Notes: generated from the sequence alone by a model not told the origin. Shown: positions 41,596 through 55,008, counted from the first letter of the stretch. The stretch is DNA of 64,000 nt from Octopus vulgaris (GCA_951406725.2 OX597821.1:87296001-87360000), one strand, 5' to 3'. Numbers and translations are program-made.

Positions 41596-42689
41596 GCACA
41601 CACACGCACACACACACACACACATACAACGCATGCAATACTAAGACAAAAACCCTCCTCTGTTTCGCTGAGGAGTTCTCCAGAATTTCGATCAAAGAAA
41701 TCGCCAAATACTTGCTTAATTAATTAATGCGTAATCGGTTAAATGTCCTTTCCAGAGCCACCAGTACTCTTGAGCGTAATTCTATGACAAAATTTGGAAA
41801 CGGCAGTGTGTATTCGACGCTAGCTTTGTAGCTAGAGGGTTCCACGTTCCCTCCGACAGCGCTGCAGCTTTTGCGCTTGTACAAGTACCTTCTATCGTAG
41901 TCTGGGAGCGACCAACGCCTTATGTGTTAATTTGGTAGATAGACACCGAGTGGGACTGAACTCGGAACCATGTGGTTCGGAAGTAAGCTACTTAACCACA
42001 CAACCATTAAATAATCAATTAGGGAAACAGATGGCAAGCTTGAGTATGTATGTGTGTATAAGTGCGTGTGTGTGTGCGCGCGTGCGTATGTGTAGGTGCG
42101 TGTGTGCGTGTGTATGTGTGTGTATGTATGTGTGTGTGTATGTATGTGTGTGTGTATGTATGTGTGTATGTGTGTGTGTATGTGTGTGTGTGTATGTATG
42201 TGTGTATGTATATGTGTGTATGTGTGTGTATATGTGTGTATGTGTGTGTGTATATGTGTGTGACTGGGTGGGTTGCGCGTTAGCGTCATTGAGCTTACGT
42301 TTCTCCTCCATCACGACTTGAAAACTGCTGTGGGTTTGTTTACAGCCCCATAACTTAGCGGTTCGGCAAAAGCTACAGGGGCCAATATATGCTAGAAATA
42401 AAGTTCTGTCGTCAATCTGTTCAACTAAAGGCAGTGCCCCAGCATGACCGCAGTCTAAGTGGATTGAAACGATTAAAGGACAACAGAAATGTGACATTTG
42501 TGACAAGGCTGGATTTCTGAATGACCTGTACAAGAAATTGAACTCAAATAGCTCGGATCTGCTCGATGCTATTACAAGACACTCTTATACATGAATGCCA
42601 ACTGGTGTGATCGTACTCGGGGCCCCATAATTGCGGCGCGAGAGTTTCTGAGACTTTTTCTATTTATCGCCTTATGCAATATATAATAT

Positions 42690-43116
42690 CTCTTTACTCT
42701 TTTACTCTTTTACTTGTTTCAGTCATTTGACTGTGGCCATGCTGGAGCACCATCTTTAGTCGAGCAAATCGACCCCAGGACTTATTGTTTTGTAAGCCCA
42801 GTACTTATTCTATCGGTCTCTTTTGCCGAACCGCTAAGTGACGGGGATGTAAACACACCAGCATCGGTTGTCAAGCAATGCTAGAGGGACAAACACAGAC
42901 ACACAAACACGCACACACACACACATACATATATATATAAATATATACATATATACGACAGGCTTCTTTCAGTTTCCGTCTACCAAATCCACTCACAAGG
43001 CATTGGTCGGCCCGGGGCTATAGCAGAAGACACTTGCCCAAGATGCCACGCAGCGGGACTGAACCCGGAACCATGTGGTTGGTTAGCAAGCTACTTACCA
43101 CACAGCCACTCCTGCG

Positions 43117-43118
<2 letters not shown>
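42690..43118 (-). mobile_element. SINE family A, full length
   Basis: Homology to other family A copies. Confidence 0.92.
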
Positions 43119-43174
<56 letters not shown>

Positions 43175-43206
43175 GCTACGCATACTCTCTCTCTCTCTCT
43201 CTCCCT

Positions 43207-43254
<48 letters not shown>

Positions 43255-43391
43255 ACACACATACGCACACACAACGCATTCACATACATAGACGAATTTC
43301 AAGTATGTCAGTTATGTTTAAACAATCCAGCAGCGTGATTAATGACCCAGCTACGGTGTCATCGCACACACACACACACGCACACACACAT

Positions 43392-43460
<69 letters not shown>

Positions 43461-43619
43461 CACACACACACACACGCACGCACACACGCACACACACGCA
43501 CACACACGTATATATATATATATATATGTACGTACATGCATACACACTCATACAACATACACGCACATACACACACACACACACACGCACTAACTAACGC
43601 ACTTATGTATATGTTTGTA

Positions 43620-43663
<44 letters not shown>

Positions 43664-43768
43664 CTGCTGTGAGTGTGTGCGCGTATATCCGGTTTTTATG
43701 TTTCTTTCAGTTGCTATGCTTGAAGGTGTGCGTGTGCCTGTGTAATTTTGTTTGTTTGTGAGTGTGTG

Positions 43769-43817
<49 letters not shown>

Positions 43818-43961
43818 ATGCGAGCATGTCGAACAGAGGCGTCTGTGTTTGTGTGTACGTTTTCGGCAGTTCTGTCTAAGAGCTGCTCTTCACAACGGAA
43901 CGTCTCTATATCTATGTGCTCCTTTATGCCTCTGTATGTGTGTGTGTGTGTGTGTGTGTAA

Positions 43962-44006
<45 letters not shown>

Positions 44007-44787
44007 CGTGTGTGTATGTACATTGATAAACCGATAAACGTGTGTGTTTCCTATATACGTGTAAGCCACCACTGTTACCGATACCGTGAGAACACACAGC
44101 CCCTTTAACAACATCCGGTGTAAAGAGAAAAAATAAAAGCCACAGACAAGACTATATTTGTCTAGTCCACCCTTCACTCAATCGCTCATTCTTCAACTTC
44201 TTTTTTCCTTCTGCATTATTTCTGCTATACTTAATTCCCTTTTTTTTTATATCACTTTTGTCTCCCTATGTCAATCTATTTCTTTCTCTCTCCCATTTCA
44301 CTCTGTTTACCTACTACGTACCTATTTCTCAATTTATCTATTCTATATCTACCTATTTATCCAGGTAGTTATCTTTTTTTTACTTATCTCTATCCTTCCA
44401 ATGTATAAATAAACCAAGCCATTTCACTATCTAAATATTTACCTATAACCTTACCATTTTCTCTTTCTTTATTTTTCGGAGGAACGCTGTGTCCATAGAC
44501 CTTGAGACTTTTCCGAGCTGATTTTCATTGTGATTGGTGCTCAACTTTAACTGTAGCAAGTCGATATTTGGAAGGATATTTCTAGATTTTTCTGGGGTTG
44601 TTTTTTGAGAAAAGGATTAATCAAAAGTGTTTATCCCTTTGCTTGTTCAGTGCATCATGCGTGATACGCCGGACATATTTCCCTGGTGTCCATGACTCTT
44701 ATATGATACACCTTCCCATTTTTTTTTTTTTTTCAATAAGTAGAGAGAGAGAGTAACTTGGGACTTATGGAGAGAAAGCTTTATATT

Positions 44788-46478
44788 ACTCAGAAATGTA
44801 TGAAACCAGAACTAAGTTTGAAAACACGTTTTGGAGAAACTTATGGAAATACTTTAGACTGGCAAGGGTTTAATATGAATGAAGTGTGTGAGCAACTAAG
44901 AAGAGAGTGGAGTCGCTTGAAGTGGATTAAAGCGAGATTGGGGATCTTTTCGGTTTGAACGGCAGTTTTTTTCTAGCGGCGTCATATGAAATTGTCACCC
45001 ATAATTATGACCCTAGAATCGATCTAATGCATTTCAATCTCTTTTAAGGTTAGGGTTAGGGTTAGGGGTGGGTAAGGGTATCTTTTTTTCTTCACAAATG
45101 TAAATAAACCCAATCTGTTTCTTAAACGAGGGACATATTCATACGGCACAGAATGCATTTTAACTCAATAGACGTCACTGATTGGTTGAAATTGCAGAAA
45201 TTGAAGAAAAAAACAACAACAAATGTCTTACAAACCATAGAATTTTCTCAATAAAGGCAAGAGAAAAAGAAGTTTTATAAACACATTCTACCAGTATACG
45301 AAGTTTAAAATTTTTTAATTACCTAGAAATTATGTTAAAAACTGCCGTTCAAACCGAAAAGATCCGAGATTGGTACACAGTATTTTAAACGAGACGAAAA
45401 GATCCAGCTGTAACTGTGTAGAAGAGAAAGAGGAGAAAACTTGTCTAATGGCGGCAGAACGATGAAATTTCCTTGAACAACTTCAAGCAGACGACTGCAA
45501 GAAGAAGAACAAGGGTAGATAAGAGTTTCAGAGGATTGATGTTTTGGGAAAAAATGCTAGAGAAAATGGCCTTTGAAAGGATAAGAGGGTAGTGGACACA
45601 ATATTAGTCACGAGAGGAGAGATGACGAACTAGTCCAGTAGGCTCTGAATGAAAATACTTTGAGATTGCACAACTTCAATCAGTAGAGCGTGCGTATCTG
45701 ACAGATGCAGTCTAAACCGTGTGCAACCGTTGCAACTACTCACTTAAGTGAACAAAAGAAAATGACCGTTTTAATTTACAGAGAGTGAACAACGGTTCAA
45801 AGAAGTATTTTTTAGTTATAGAAGGGATTCAAACATTGGCGATCAGTGCAAGCTATTTTATAAATGTATGTTCATAATGAAGGGTCACCGGAGACTTAAA
45901 CCACCTAGTAATTGGATGGATTTCGTTGTGTAAGAATGACTAGAAGTTGTGTTAAAGTTGTTTAGCCCAGATTCAATATTTAAAATGTGGTCATTCAAAG
46001 TGTGTGTGTTTATGAAATGTACTCAGTTTTGACGAGTGAGATTGGGATGTGGAGTTTTAACAAGAGGCTTTCGTAGAAGATTTATGTACGTCTGGCAGGC
46101 GATAACTCAGAAATGTATGAAACAAGAACAAAGTTTGAAAACAAGCATGGACGTTTAGGACAAACATGAAAATACTTTAGACTGGCAAAGGATTTTAATA
46201 TGATGAAGTGTGTTTCTCTTTTGTTTAGTTTTTTTCAGACGTTTTGTGACCGGTGAGACCGATGTGGTCGAAAATTTCCTTGAACAACTTCAAGCAGACG
46301 ACTGCAAGAAGAAGAACAAGGGTAGACAAGAGTTTCAGAGGATTGATGTTTTGGGAAAAAATGCTAGAGAAAATGGCCTTTGAAAGGATAAGATGGTAGT
46401 GGACACAATATTGGTCACGAGAGGAGAGAAGACGAACGAATGAAAATGCTTTGAGATCAAACAACTTCAATCAGCAGA
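44788..46478 (+). repeat. Local direct duplication (44788-45690 vs 46105-46478)
   Basis: Shared blocks ctcagaaatgtatgaaac...tactttagactggcaa and aaatttccttgaacaacttcaagcagacgac...caacttcaatcag. Confidence 0.85.
44942..45365. mobile_element. Merlin-like non-autonomous DNA transposon with internal (TTAGGG)3
   Basis: About 30-bp TIRs GGATCTTTT(T)CGGTTTGAACGGCAGTTTTT; perfect 8-bp TSD gagattgg; GG termini. Confidence 0.8.
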
Positions 46479-47230
46479 CGATGATACTGCAGTAGCGGTA
46501 GAGGAGGCGGCGGAGGAAACAACACGTCTATAGAGATGTTGTTTGGTTTCAGTTTGGCCCTGATCGAACAGATCTATGATACAGGGTGTCTCATCTATGA
46601 TTATTCTGGATCTTTGTATATCAGGGACTCCATTGCCCAATTTTTTCTTCTTCACTGAAAACGGTAGCGTATTAAATGAAATGGTTTGACTGCCATTTTT
46701 TTTAGATGTTTTCCTTTCTGGCTCAGCGAGGTTGCGTGTAAATGAAGTCTGTGTGCCAAGATTAATTAGGAATGAAGACTAATATCATCTGTATAATAGT
46801 GTGTGTGTGTGTGTGTGTGGAAGGTGTGTGATTAGAGATAACAATATGTAGTTAATTAAATTACAGAAAGCGGAGAGAGAGGGATAGTCCTGAGCTTCAA
46901 TGGAAGTCGGAGAGAATCACGTCGACGGATAGGAGAATAGAATAAGTTTGACAGGAAACTTCCGATGTTAGAAGAGATAAAAAAAAAAACGTGGCGAATC
47001 TCATAAGTAGGTGAGAATATTTTATTGCCAGCTTTGTTGTTGTGAAAGACAAGAGGTCATCTAATCTGGTACTATGGAAAACCGAGTGTCAGAAGAGAAA
47101 GTAACTAAAGGCGGCAAAAATGACGGTTATTTACGAATATTTTCATTGCTCATTACACACTAAAAGATTGCTCGACGAAGTAGTTTGCAGACACGCAGAG
47201 GTTACTCCCCTTGAGGATATGGAAATTATG

Positions 47231-47446
47231 GCAACCCGTAACAGTGATTCCATACAAAACCTGAAGAAACTGATGAGTCTAGTAGCAACCCGTAACAGTG
47301 ATTCCATACAAAAACCGAAGGAAATGATGAGTCTAGTAGCAACCCGTAGCAGTCATTCCATACAAAAATCGAAGAATCTGATGAGTCTAGTAGCAACCCG
47401 TAACAGTGATTCCATGCAAAAACTGGAGGAAATGATGAGTCTAGTG
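47231..47446 (+). repeat. 54-bp minisatellite, four copies, in an open frame (18-aa repeat)
   Basis: gcaacccgtaacagtgattccatacaaaa-variable-tgatgagtctagta; ORF 47120-47464. Confidence 0.9.
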
Positions 47447-47631
47447 GCCGGCACAAAAATGTAATGTTTGGGAACGATTATAGTAAGAATATTGTCTATT
47501 CCACTCCTCTTGATCGTTTCATATGACTGAAAACGTTTTCGTATTTTGCGACTGGATGCACGAGGTGGATTTATCGTGGTAAATCTCGGAAGCGATTTGT
47601 TGTTGTAGTAGTTGTTTGTTTGTTTGTGTGT

Positions 47632-47684
<53 letters not shown>

Positions 47685-47747
47685 AAACATGCAGCTGGAA
47701 GGAGAGCAGAAAGCAATCGTGATGGTTTGTGCGTCATCGGTATTAAA

Positions 47748-48162
47748 GGCGGCGAGCTGGCAGAAACGTTAGCACGCCGGGCGAAATGCTTAGCGGTATT
47801 TAATCTGCCGCTACGTTCTGAGTTCAAATTCCGCCGAGGTCGACTTTGCCTTTCATCCTTTCGGGATCGATAAATTAAGTACCAGTTACGCACTGGGGTC
47901 GATGTAATCGACTTAATCCGTTTGTCTGTCCTTGTTTGTCCGCTCTGTGTTTAGCCCCGTGTGGGTAGTAAAGAAATAGGTATTTCGTCTGTCTTTATGT
48001 TCTGAGTTCAAATTCCACCGAGGTCGACATTGCCCTTCATCCTTTCGGGGTCGATTAAATAAGTACCAGTTACGCACTGGGATCGATGTAATCGACTTGA
48101 TACCTATGACTGTCCTTGTTTGTCCCCTCTGTGTTTAGCCCCTTGTGGGTAGTAAAGAAATA
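47748..48162 (+). mobile_element. SINE family B dimer
   Basis: tRNA-like head (TGGCAGAAACG, GAGTTCAAATTCC), two 184-bp units, flanking direct repeat ggtattaaag. Confidence 0.92.
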
Positions 48163-48437
48163 GGTATTAAAGAGTGAGACAAGTAGATGGATTATGATGC
48201 AGGTTCAAGATCTGCGAGTGGATTCCATGAAATTGAACAGGAAGGGACCGCAAATTAATCGAAGTCCCTTACTCTTCTCTCTCTCTCGTTCAAGTCCTAC
48301 TCTTGTTTCTTCTCTCTCTCTCTCTATCTTTCTCTCTCCCGTGAAACCAACCAAACAGGTGCCAAATCAGTCTCGTAGGAAAAGGGACTCTTTTCTCGTG
48401 GGTGATAAGCAAAGTTTGGCTTTATTTCAACCCAAAG

Positions 48438-48893
48438 CGCAGACGTGACTGTGTGGTAAGAACTTTACTTCCCGACCACATGGTCCCGAGTTCAATCTCA
48501 CTGCGTGATCTCGGGCAATAGCCGGAGATCGATCAAAGCCTTCTGAGTGGATTTGGTAGACGGCAAGTAACTGATGCCCATTGTGTGTGTGTGTGTGTGT
48601 GTTTGGGTGTGTGTGTGTTCGAGTATGCGTTTGTGTGTATCTGTACGTATGCGTTTTTTGTGCCTGTGTTTGCTCCCTCTCCACTGCTTGACAACCGGTT
48701 TTGGTTTGTTTACGTCCCTCCCAGTAACTTAGCTATTTCAGCAAAAAATAGTCCGATAGAATAAATACCAATATCAAGCTTTAAAAATGTCCAAAAAAAA
48801 ATAAAAAAAAGTACTTGGGTCGATTCGTTCGACTAAACACTTTAAAGCGGTGTCCCAGCATGGTTGCAGTCTAAAGACTGAAACAAATAGATA
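48438..48893 (+). mobile_element. SINE family A, old copy
   Basis: gtgactgtgtggtaag...gagtggatttggtagacgg...cccagcatggttgcagtc. Confidence 0.8.
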
Positions 48894-49599
48894 GATACGA
48901 GATACAAGATAAAGGTATTAACGACGCAGGTGAAACGAAATACATATAAGCAACCGAAGACGGAAATCAGCACACGAACTCCGTATACCGAGAGCTTACT
49001 TTTCCGCTATGGCGAACAAACTCCTTGTGAACGTCTTTCACTTTCGTTCATGTAAAATCGATGAAAGATGTATTAATAGTATAATTTTGCAATCAATACA
49101 CTTCACCATAGTTAAAAACTATGCTTGTGCCCAGTCAAAGGAGTAACAAGAAATCAATTAGAATAATGGTTGTGGTACGGTGTAACATGATAGATATGTT
49201 ATCGAGTTCGGTGTTCACATTTAAATACAGTCGACTTTGATCCTTTTCATACTTTCGGGGTTCAATAACGTAAGTTCCAATTAATATTGGGAATATTATC
49301 GATATAATTGCTGAAGATGTTCCGTGAATCGATTGAACGATTATAGAACATAGGTAGGATCTTTAATTGACCTAGTGCCTTGACAAAATAATTCATTATT
49401 CCAATTATTTATGTGCGAGCTGATATGGGGTTGAGTGATATATCACCGCTTGTACTGTTAAGAAAACACACACACACACGCACATATGAATACGCATATA
49501 TGCACACACAAGCCACAAAAACACACATGCATAGACACACACACGCAAATACACACACACACACACACACACAAACACGTATATAAAGATATGTGTGCA

Positions 49600-50390
49600 A
49601 GCATGGCTGTGTGGCTAAGAAAGTCGTTTCACAACCATTTTGTTTCCGGTTCAATTCCACTGCGCGGTGCTTTGGGCAAGTGTATTCTACTACAGCCCCG
49701 GGCTATAATAATTTGGTGGGCGGAGACTGTATGGATACCCGTCGTAAATATATATATATATCAACCACATGGTTTCGGGTTCAGTCCCACTGCGTGGCAC
49801 CTTGGGCAAGTGTCTTCTACTATAGCCTAGGGCCGACCAAAGCCTTGTGAGTGGATTTAATAGACAGAAACTGAGAGAAGTCCGTTATATATATATATAT
49901 ATATATATATTCAGGGGCGCGTGTGTGTGTCTATGTATGTGTGTCTGTATTTGTCTCTTCCCCGCCATTGCTTGACAGTCTATGCTGATGCGCTTATGTC
50001 CCTGCAGGTAAGCGGTTCGGTGAAAGAGACCGATACAATAATTGTCAAGGTCACAAAGAATAAATCCTGGGGTCATTTTTTTCGACCAAAACCCTTTAAG
50101 GCGGTGCTCCAGCATGGTCACAATTAAATGACAAACAGAAATAAAGAATAAAAGAATTCATGTATGTGTGTGTGTGCGCCTGTTTTTGTGTTTACATGCC
50201 CACACCGCTAGACAGCCGCTAATGGTTTGTTTGTGCCCTTGTAACGTTGTGATTCTGTAAAAATGCCCTATAGAGTAAGAAATAGACTTTAAAATATATA
50301 CTGGGCTCCATTTGTTCGACTAAACCCGTCAAGGTAGAGCCCCAGGTTGACCGCAATCCAATAAAAGAGACTAGGAAAAGAACGAAAGAA
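49600..50390 (+). mobile_element. Tandem or nested family A copies and fragments
   Basis: Heads at about 49600 and 49762; tails at about 50150 and 50390. Confidence 0.8.
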
Positions 50391-50580
50391 TATAGTGATA
50401 AAAATATTTACCTGCCTATGAGCCTCCATTCTCAGCAAAACAGTTAGTCGATATTCCCAGGAAGGTCAAGCGATATAAAAACCTTCCCTTACACATTTAA
50501 GAGTCGCTGTCATCGTTTTACGTTGAATATCCCCTAGAAAATGTCCAGATGTTGTATGCTATCCGATTATGACAATAATA

Positions 50581-50655
50581 TGATTGACAGCAACATCAGC
50601 AAAACTTCACGTGAGATTTCAAGAAAGAGGAAGTCGGCTTTCAAACTATATAAAA
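50581..50655 (+). promoter_or_regulatory. Promoter-like motif cluster
   Basis: TGATTGACAG (PBX-PREP/MEIS decamer), TCACGTGA E-box, GAGGAAGT (ETS) and TATATAAAA within 75 bp. Confidence 0.3.
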
Positions 50656-50712
50656 CGGACTGAAAAGGAAAAGAAGAAACTGCGCGCGTGCACACACACA
50701 CACACAGACACA

Positions 50713-50771
<59 letters not shown>

Positions 50772-51103
50772 ACACTTAACTCAGATCACTCCTTGTAAAG
50801 CTGATAAACTGAGAAAGTTAATACCTGCAGGACGACCATAGCTAAATAAGGTGTGCCGTCAAAGTCCTGTTTATCGGCAATTTATCGACAAAAACTGTTT
50901 GAAATTAGATTTCCATCTTGACACTTCAGTTAAACCTATTCGAACAAGGTAAAAAAAAAAAAAAATCTTGCGGACATTTCATGCAATAGAGGATGTAAAA
51001 TAAATAAATCTAAGCTTACGTATTACTATGAGAAACTAATTCAGTTTAAAGGACAGAAGCTGAAAGCCAGCTAACGATCTGTTCTTTTCACTGAATAGAA
51101 AAG

Positions 51104-51160
<57 letters not shown>

Positions 51161-51743
51161 AAAGTGTTTAGTCAAGAGTCGAATCAAGCAGGGTGATGTC
51201 ATTACTGACATAATGTTCATAACTAGTTGTCGAATATAAAACGACAGGCTCATAGTAATACGTGCAATCAAAAATATATCTCATGACCTGTTTCAGTCAC
51301 TGGACAACGCTCATGCTGGGTCACCACCGTTGATGACGGGTTTAGTTGAGCAAATCGATTCCAGTAAAATGTACAGGTTTCTCTTGCTGAACCGTAAACT
51401 TACAGGAATGTAAAGAAACCAACAGCACTTGGCAAGCACGTGTGAGGGTAGCACAAACAAATGTACACACACACATACCAACATATATACATACACACTT
51501 ACACACGAGCACACACGAACGCAGACACACACACGCAGTCCTGTACACACGTATATATATTTATATATGCATGTATATATACATGTAGATGTAGGTACGT
51601 ACATATATGTCTGTATGTATGCATATATTTTATTTATTACACTATTGTATGACTGAGCGCCTTCGCGTCGATTCGATTCGATCCGTTTGGTTTGGTTTCG
51701 TTTCTTCTTCTTCTCTAAGCTGGTTTATATATATATATATATG

Positions 51744-51979
51744 CACTGGGTTGACCAAAAGTCACCTGTCAGTAAATCAAAAACCATTTAATTCCAAGGT
51801 TTATTTATATTTAACAGCTGAATGAATTTAATAAAAGCATCTTAATATGAAACATCATGAAAATTGTTTAAATTGAATTCCTTGAGCGACGCAGTTTTCC
51901 ATTCGAGTCAATACAGAATTGCAGATAGTATTAATGGAAGAATTTTGATTTACTGTCGGGTGACTTTTGGCCATCCCTG
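51744..51979. mobile_element. Tc1/mariner MITE
   Basis: TIRs gggttgaccaaaagtcacctgtcagtaaatcaaaa / ttttgatttactgtcgggtgacttttggccatccctg-TA. Confidence 0.8.
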
Positions 51980-52291
51980 TATATGGGTTTCCATAAAGGT
52001 TCCATGTGACTACAAAGCGAGCTTCTTAACAACACAGCCATATCTGAGCGTTCGCTACTATGACACAGAGTCATCAAAATTGCTTTAATTCATAATGTGA
52101 GCCAAGCTAAGGAGTATTTTAGAGTGCAAAAGAATATGCAATTGTTTTTTAAACTAGGAATGCCTTCTCAAGTAACATCAACCCAATGTAAAATTTTAGG
52201 CTTATCTGTTAACTTTCGGAAAACATGAGAAAAAAAAAAAATTATGGGAACTTTCTCCCGGACAGTAAACCCAAAGGTTTGATAAGAGGTA

Positions 52292-52703
52292 TCTTTTATC
52301 TTTTATCATTTGCTAGTTTCAGTCATTGGACTGCGGCCATGCTGGGGCATCACCTTGAAGAGTTTAACCAAACAAATCACAATTCTTGGTAAGCCTAGTA
52401 CTTATTCTAACGGTCTTTTTTGCCGAACCGCTAATTTACGGGGACGTAAACACATCAGCATCGGTTGTCAAGCGATGTTGGGGGGACAAACACACACACA
52501 CAAACACACACACACACACACATATATATATACATTTAAACGACGGGCTTCTTTCAGTTTCCGTCTACCAAATCCACTCACAAGGCATTGGTCGGCCCGA
52601 GACTATAGCAGAAGACACTTGCCCAAGATGCCACGCAGTGGGACTGAAGCCGGAACCATGAGGTTCGTAAGCAAGCTACTTACCACACAGCCACTCCTAC
52701 GCC
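52292..52703 (-). mobile_element. SINE family A
   Basis: Homology to other family A copies. Confidence 0.9.
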
Positions 52704-52760
52704 TTTATTTACTTATTTTTTTACTATACCCATCCATCCATCCATCCATCAATATATTGT

Positions 52761-52938
52761 ACAAGTAGAAAGATATATTTTTCAACGCGTAAATACTGAT
52801 AGAAGCGTATATATTGGATAAAATCCTTCTTAAAGCAGAGTAGCTGGGAAATTTTTCTGCTCTGGAAAGGATTTTATCCTATATACATATGCTGTTCTAT
52901 CAGTATGTACGCGTTGAAAATTATATCCTTCTATTTGT
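52761..52938. repeat. Long imperfect palindrome (~80-bp arms, short loop)
   Basis: ttcaacgcgtaaatactgatagaa...ggataaaatcctt / aaggattttatcc...ttctatcagtatgtacgcgttgaa. Confidence 0.85.
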
Positions 52939-53732
52939 TCTACTATACATTTCAACGCTTCAAAAACAAACTTATGTTTGTTTACATATGACGTAATATA
53001 TATGTGTGTGTATATGTATGGAGAGAGAGAGAAAGAGAGAGAGACGGTGGGTTTCCACACAGTTTTTGCCTATCAAACTCATCTACAAGTCATTGGTCGA
53101 CCCAAGAATATAGTAGAAGACACTTTTTCAAAGATGCCGTGCTGCGAGATTGAACCCATAAACCGTATGGTAGTTGCAAAGCGAACTTCTTAAGCACGCA
53201 GCCATGCTTGCGTGTATATAAAACATATTTTTAAAAGTTATTTAAAAAGCTGCAAAGATGTTTTATATTCAATATTAAAGCTAGAATTTCATTTCGAAAT
53301 AAAACCTATAGATGTTGTGTAGTTTCTCATTCATTATTAAAAATAAATTAAGAATTGGCTTCATTATTTTTAGATTATTTCCGAATAATTAAATTTGTAA
53401 TTCTTAAATATCTGCAAGATATGATTATCGAACCGTAATAAAAGTTTTGTCTTACAAAGCAGGAATATAAAGAGGATAACAAAAATTAATGAGATGTGTT
53501 TAAGTTTTTGTCTTGAAGTGTAGTAGAATTAAAACTTTCACGTCTGCCGTTGATGTAAAATTTTACTTTTGAATTAATATGTTGTATAAAATCTACTGTA
53601 TATACTGATGGTATAAATCTTGTTTCAAAACACTACATCATGTTCACACACACACACACACATATGGAGAGAGAAAAAGATGTGTGTGCGTGTGTATACG
53701 CATATGTACATAATTATGTATGTGTATAAGTA

Positions 53733-53817
<85 letters not shown>

Positions 53818-53847
53818 GTCTGTCTGTCTGTATGTATGTACGTATAG

Positions 53848-53895
<48 letters not shown>

Positions 53896-54271
53896 GTATA
53901 CATGTATTTGCATATATGTATGTGTTAATTCTTACATTCTTAAGATGTTTTCACAAGTGATGAATACTGATACAGTGAATGTCTAAGAGCAACCTGTTTG
54001 ATTTAGTAGCAGGAAGATAACAAGTGAATCACCAGGACAGGGTATCAGGCAGGCTATTGCAGGTAAGAATCCGGAACCATCTCGAAAGTTAGGTGATCTG
54101 AGTCATACTGAAATAAATGACCTACCCCGACACACAATGAAATGGCAACAGGCTATATGACTCATTTAGCCGATAATCTAATATCTTAACACCCGTTGCT
54201 TACACTACGTCTTCGTCTCAGACTGCTTGTCACTGTGTGTATGTGTGTGTGTGCGTATGTATATATATATA

Positions 54272-54302
<31 letters not shown>

Positions 54303-54357
54303 GTGTGTGTGTATATATATATATATGTGTGTGTGTGTATGTATATGTGTGTGTGTG

Positions 54358-54391
<34 letters not shown>

Positions 54392-54435
54392 TGTGTGTAT
54401 ATATATGTGTGTATATACATATATATGTGTGTGTG

Positions 54436-54490
<55 letters not shown>

Positions 54491-55008
54491 TAGTATGTGT
54501 GTATATTTTCCTGTGTGCGACACTTAAGTGCGAATGCGTGTACCCATTCGTGTAAGAGCACGAAATTAAATAAAGAAATCAATAAAAAATGCAAAAGTAA
54601 TTAACCAAAGATAATTGAGGAAAACATCTCTGCCAACAAAATTCCTTGCCAGTAATTGTAACCGCCTTGTCTGAGACTCTGCGAGAGAGAGAGTTGAAGG
54701 TAGCTTAGTTCGTAGGACAGTAACAAACTGTCGACTCAAAGGTCAATAGTTAATTTCCGTTCACAAGTGCCGTGCTGTATCCTTGGTCAAGGCACTTTAA
54801 TGTCAACTATCCAGACCACCTTATTATAAATATGTAATCGGTTGAACAGTTACTCCAATGTTATAGCAAACAAATTCTCTTGTACCGTTGCATGGAGCTA
54901 GTTGCATGGCCGAGTTACATTTCTCCAACGAACACTACTTGGATGGAAACCGATTAGACATCACTCATCCTACTGACTTGATTTAAGTTAACTATAGAAA
55001 AGTGAAGT

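Noticed and set aside
47231-47446. CRISPR-like repeat/spacer look, and CTGATGAG hammerhead-like starts
   Set aside because: Variable parts are only about 12 bp and mutually related, the context is eukaryotic with no cas genes, and no stem II plus GAAA follows CTGATGA.
54005-54068. Plus-strand cag|gtaaga donor with a short open frame
   Set aside because: Weak acceptor, no supporting neighbouring exons or recognisable peptide.
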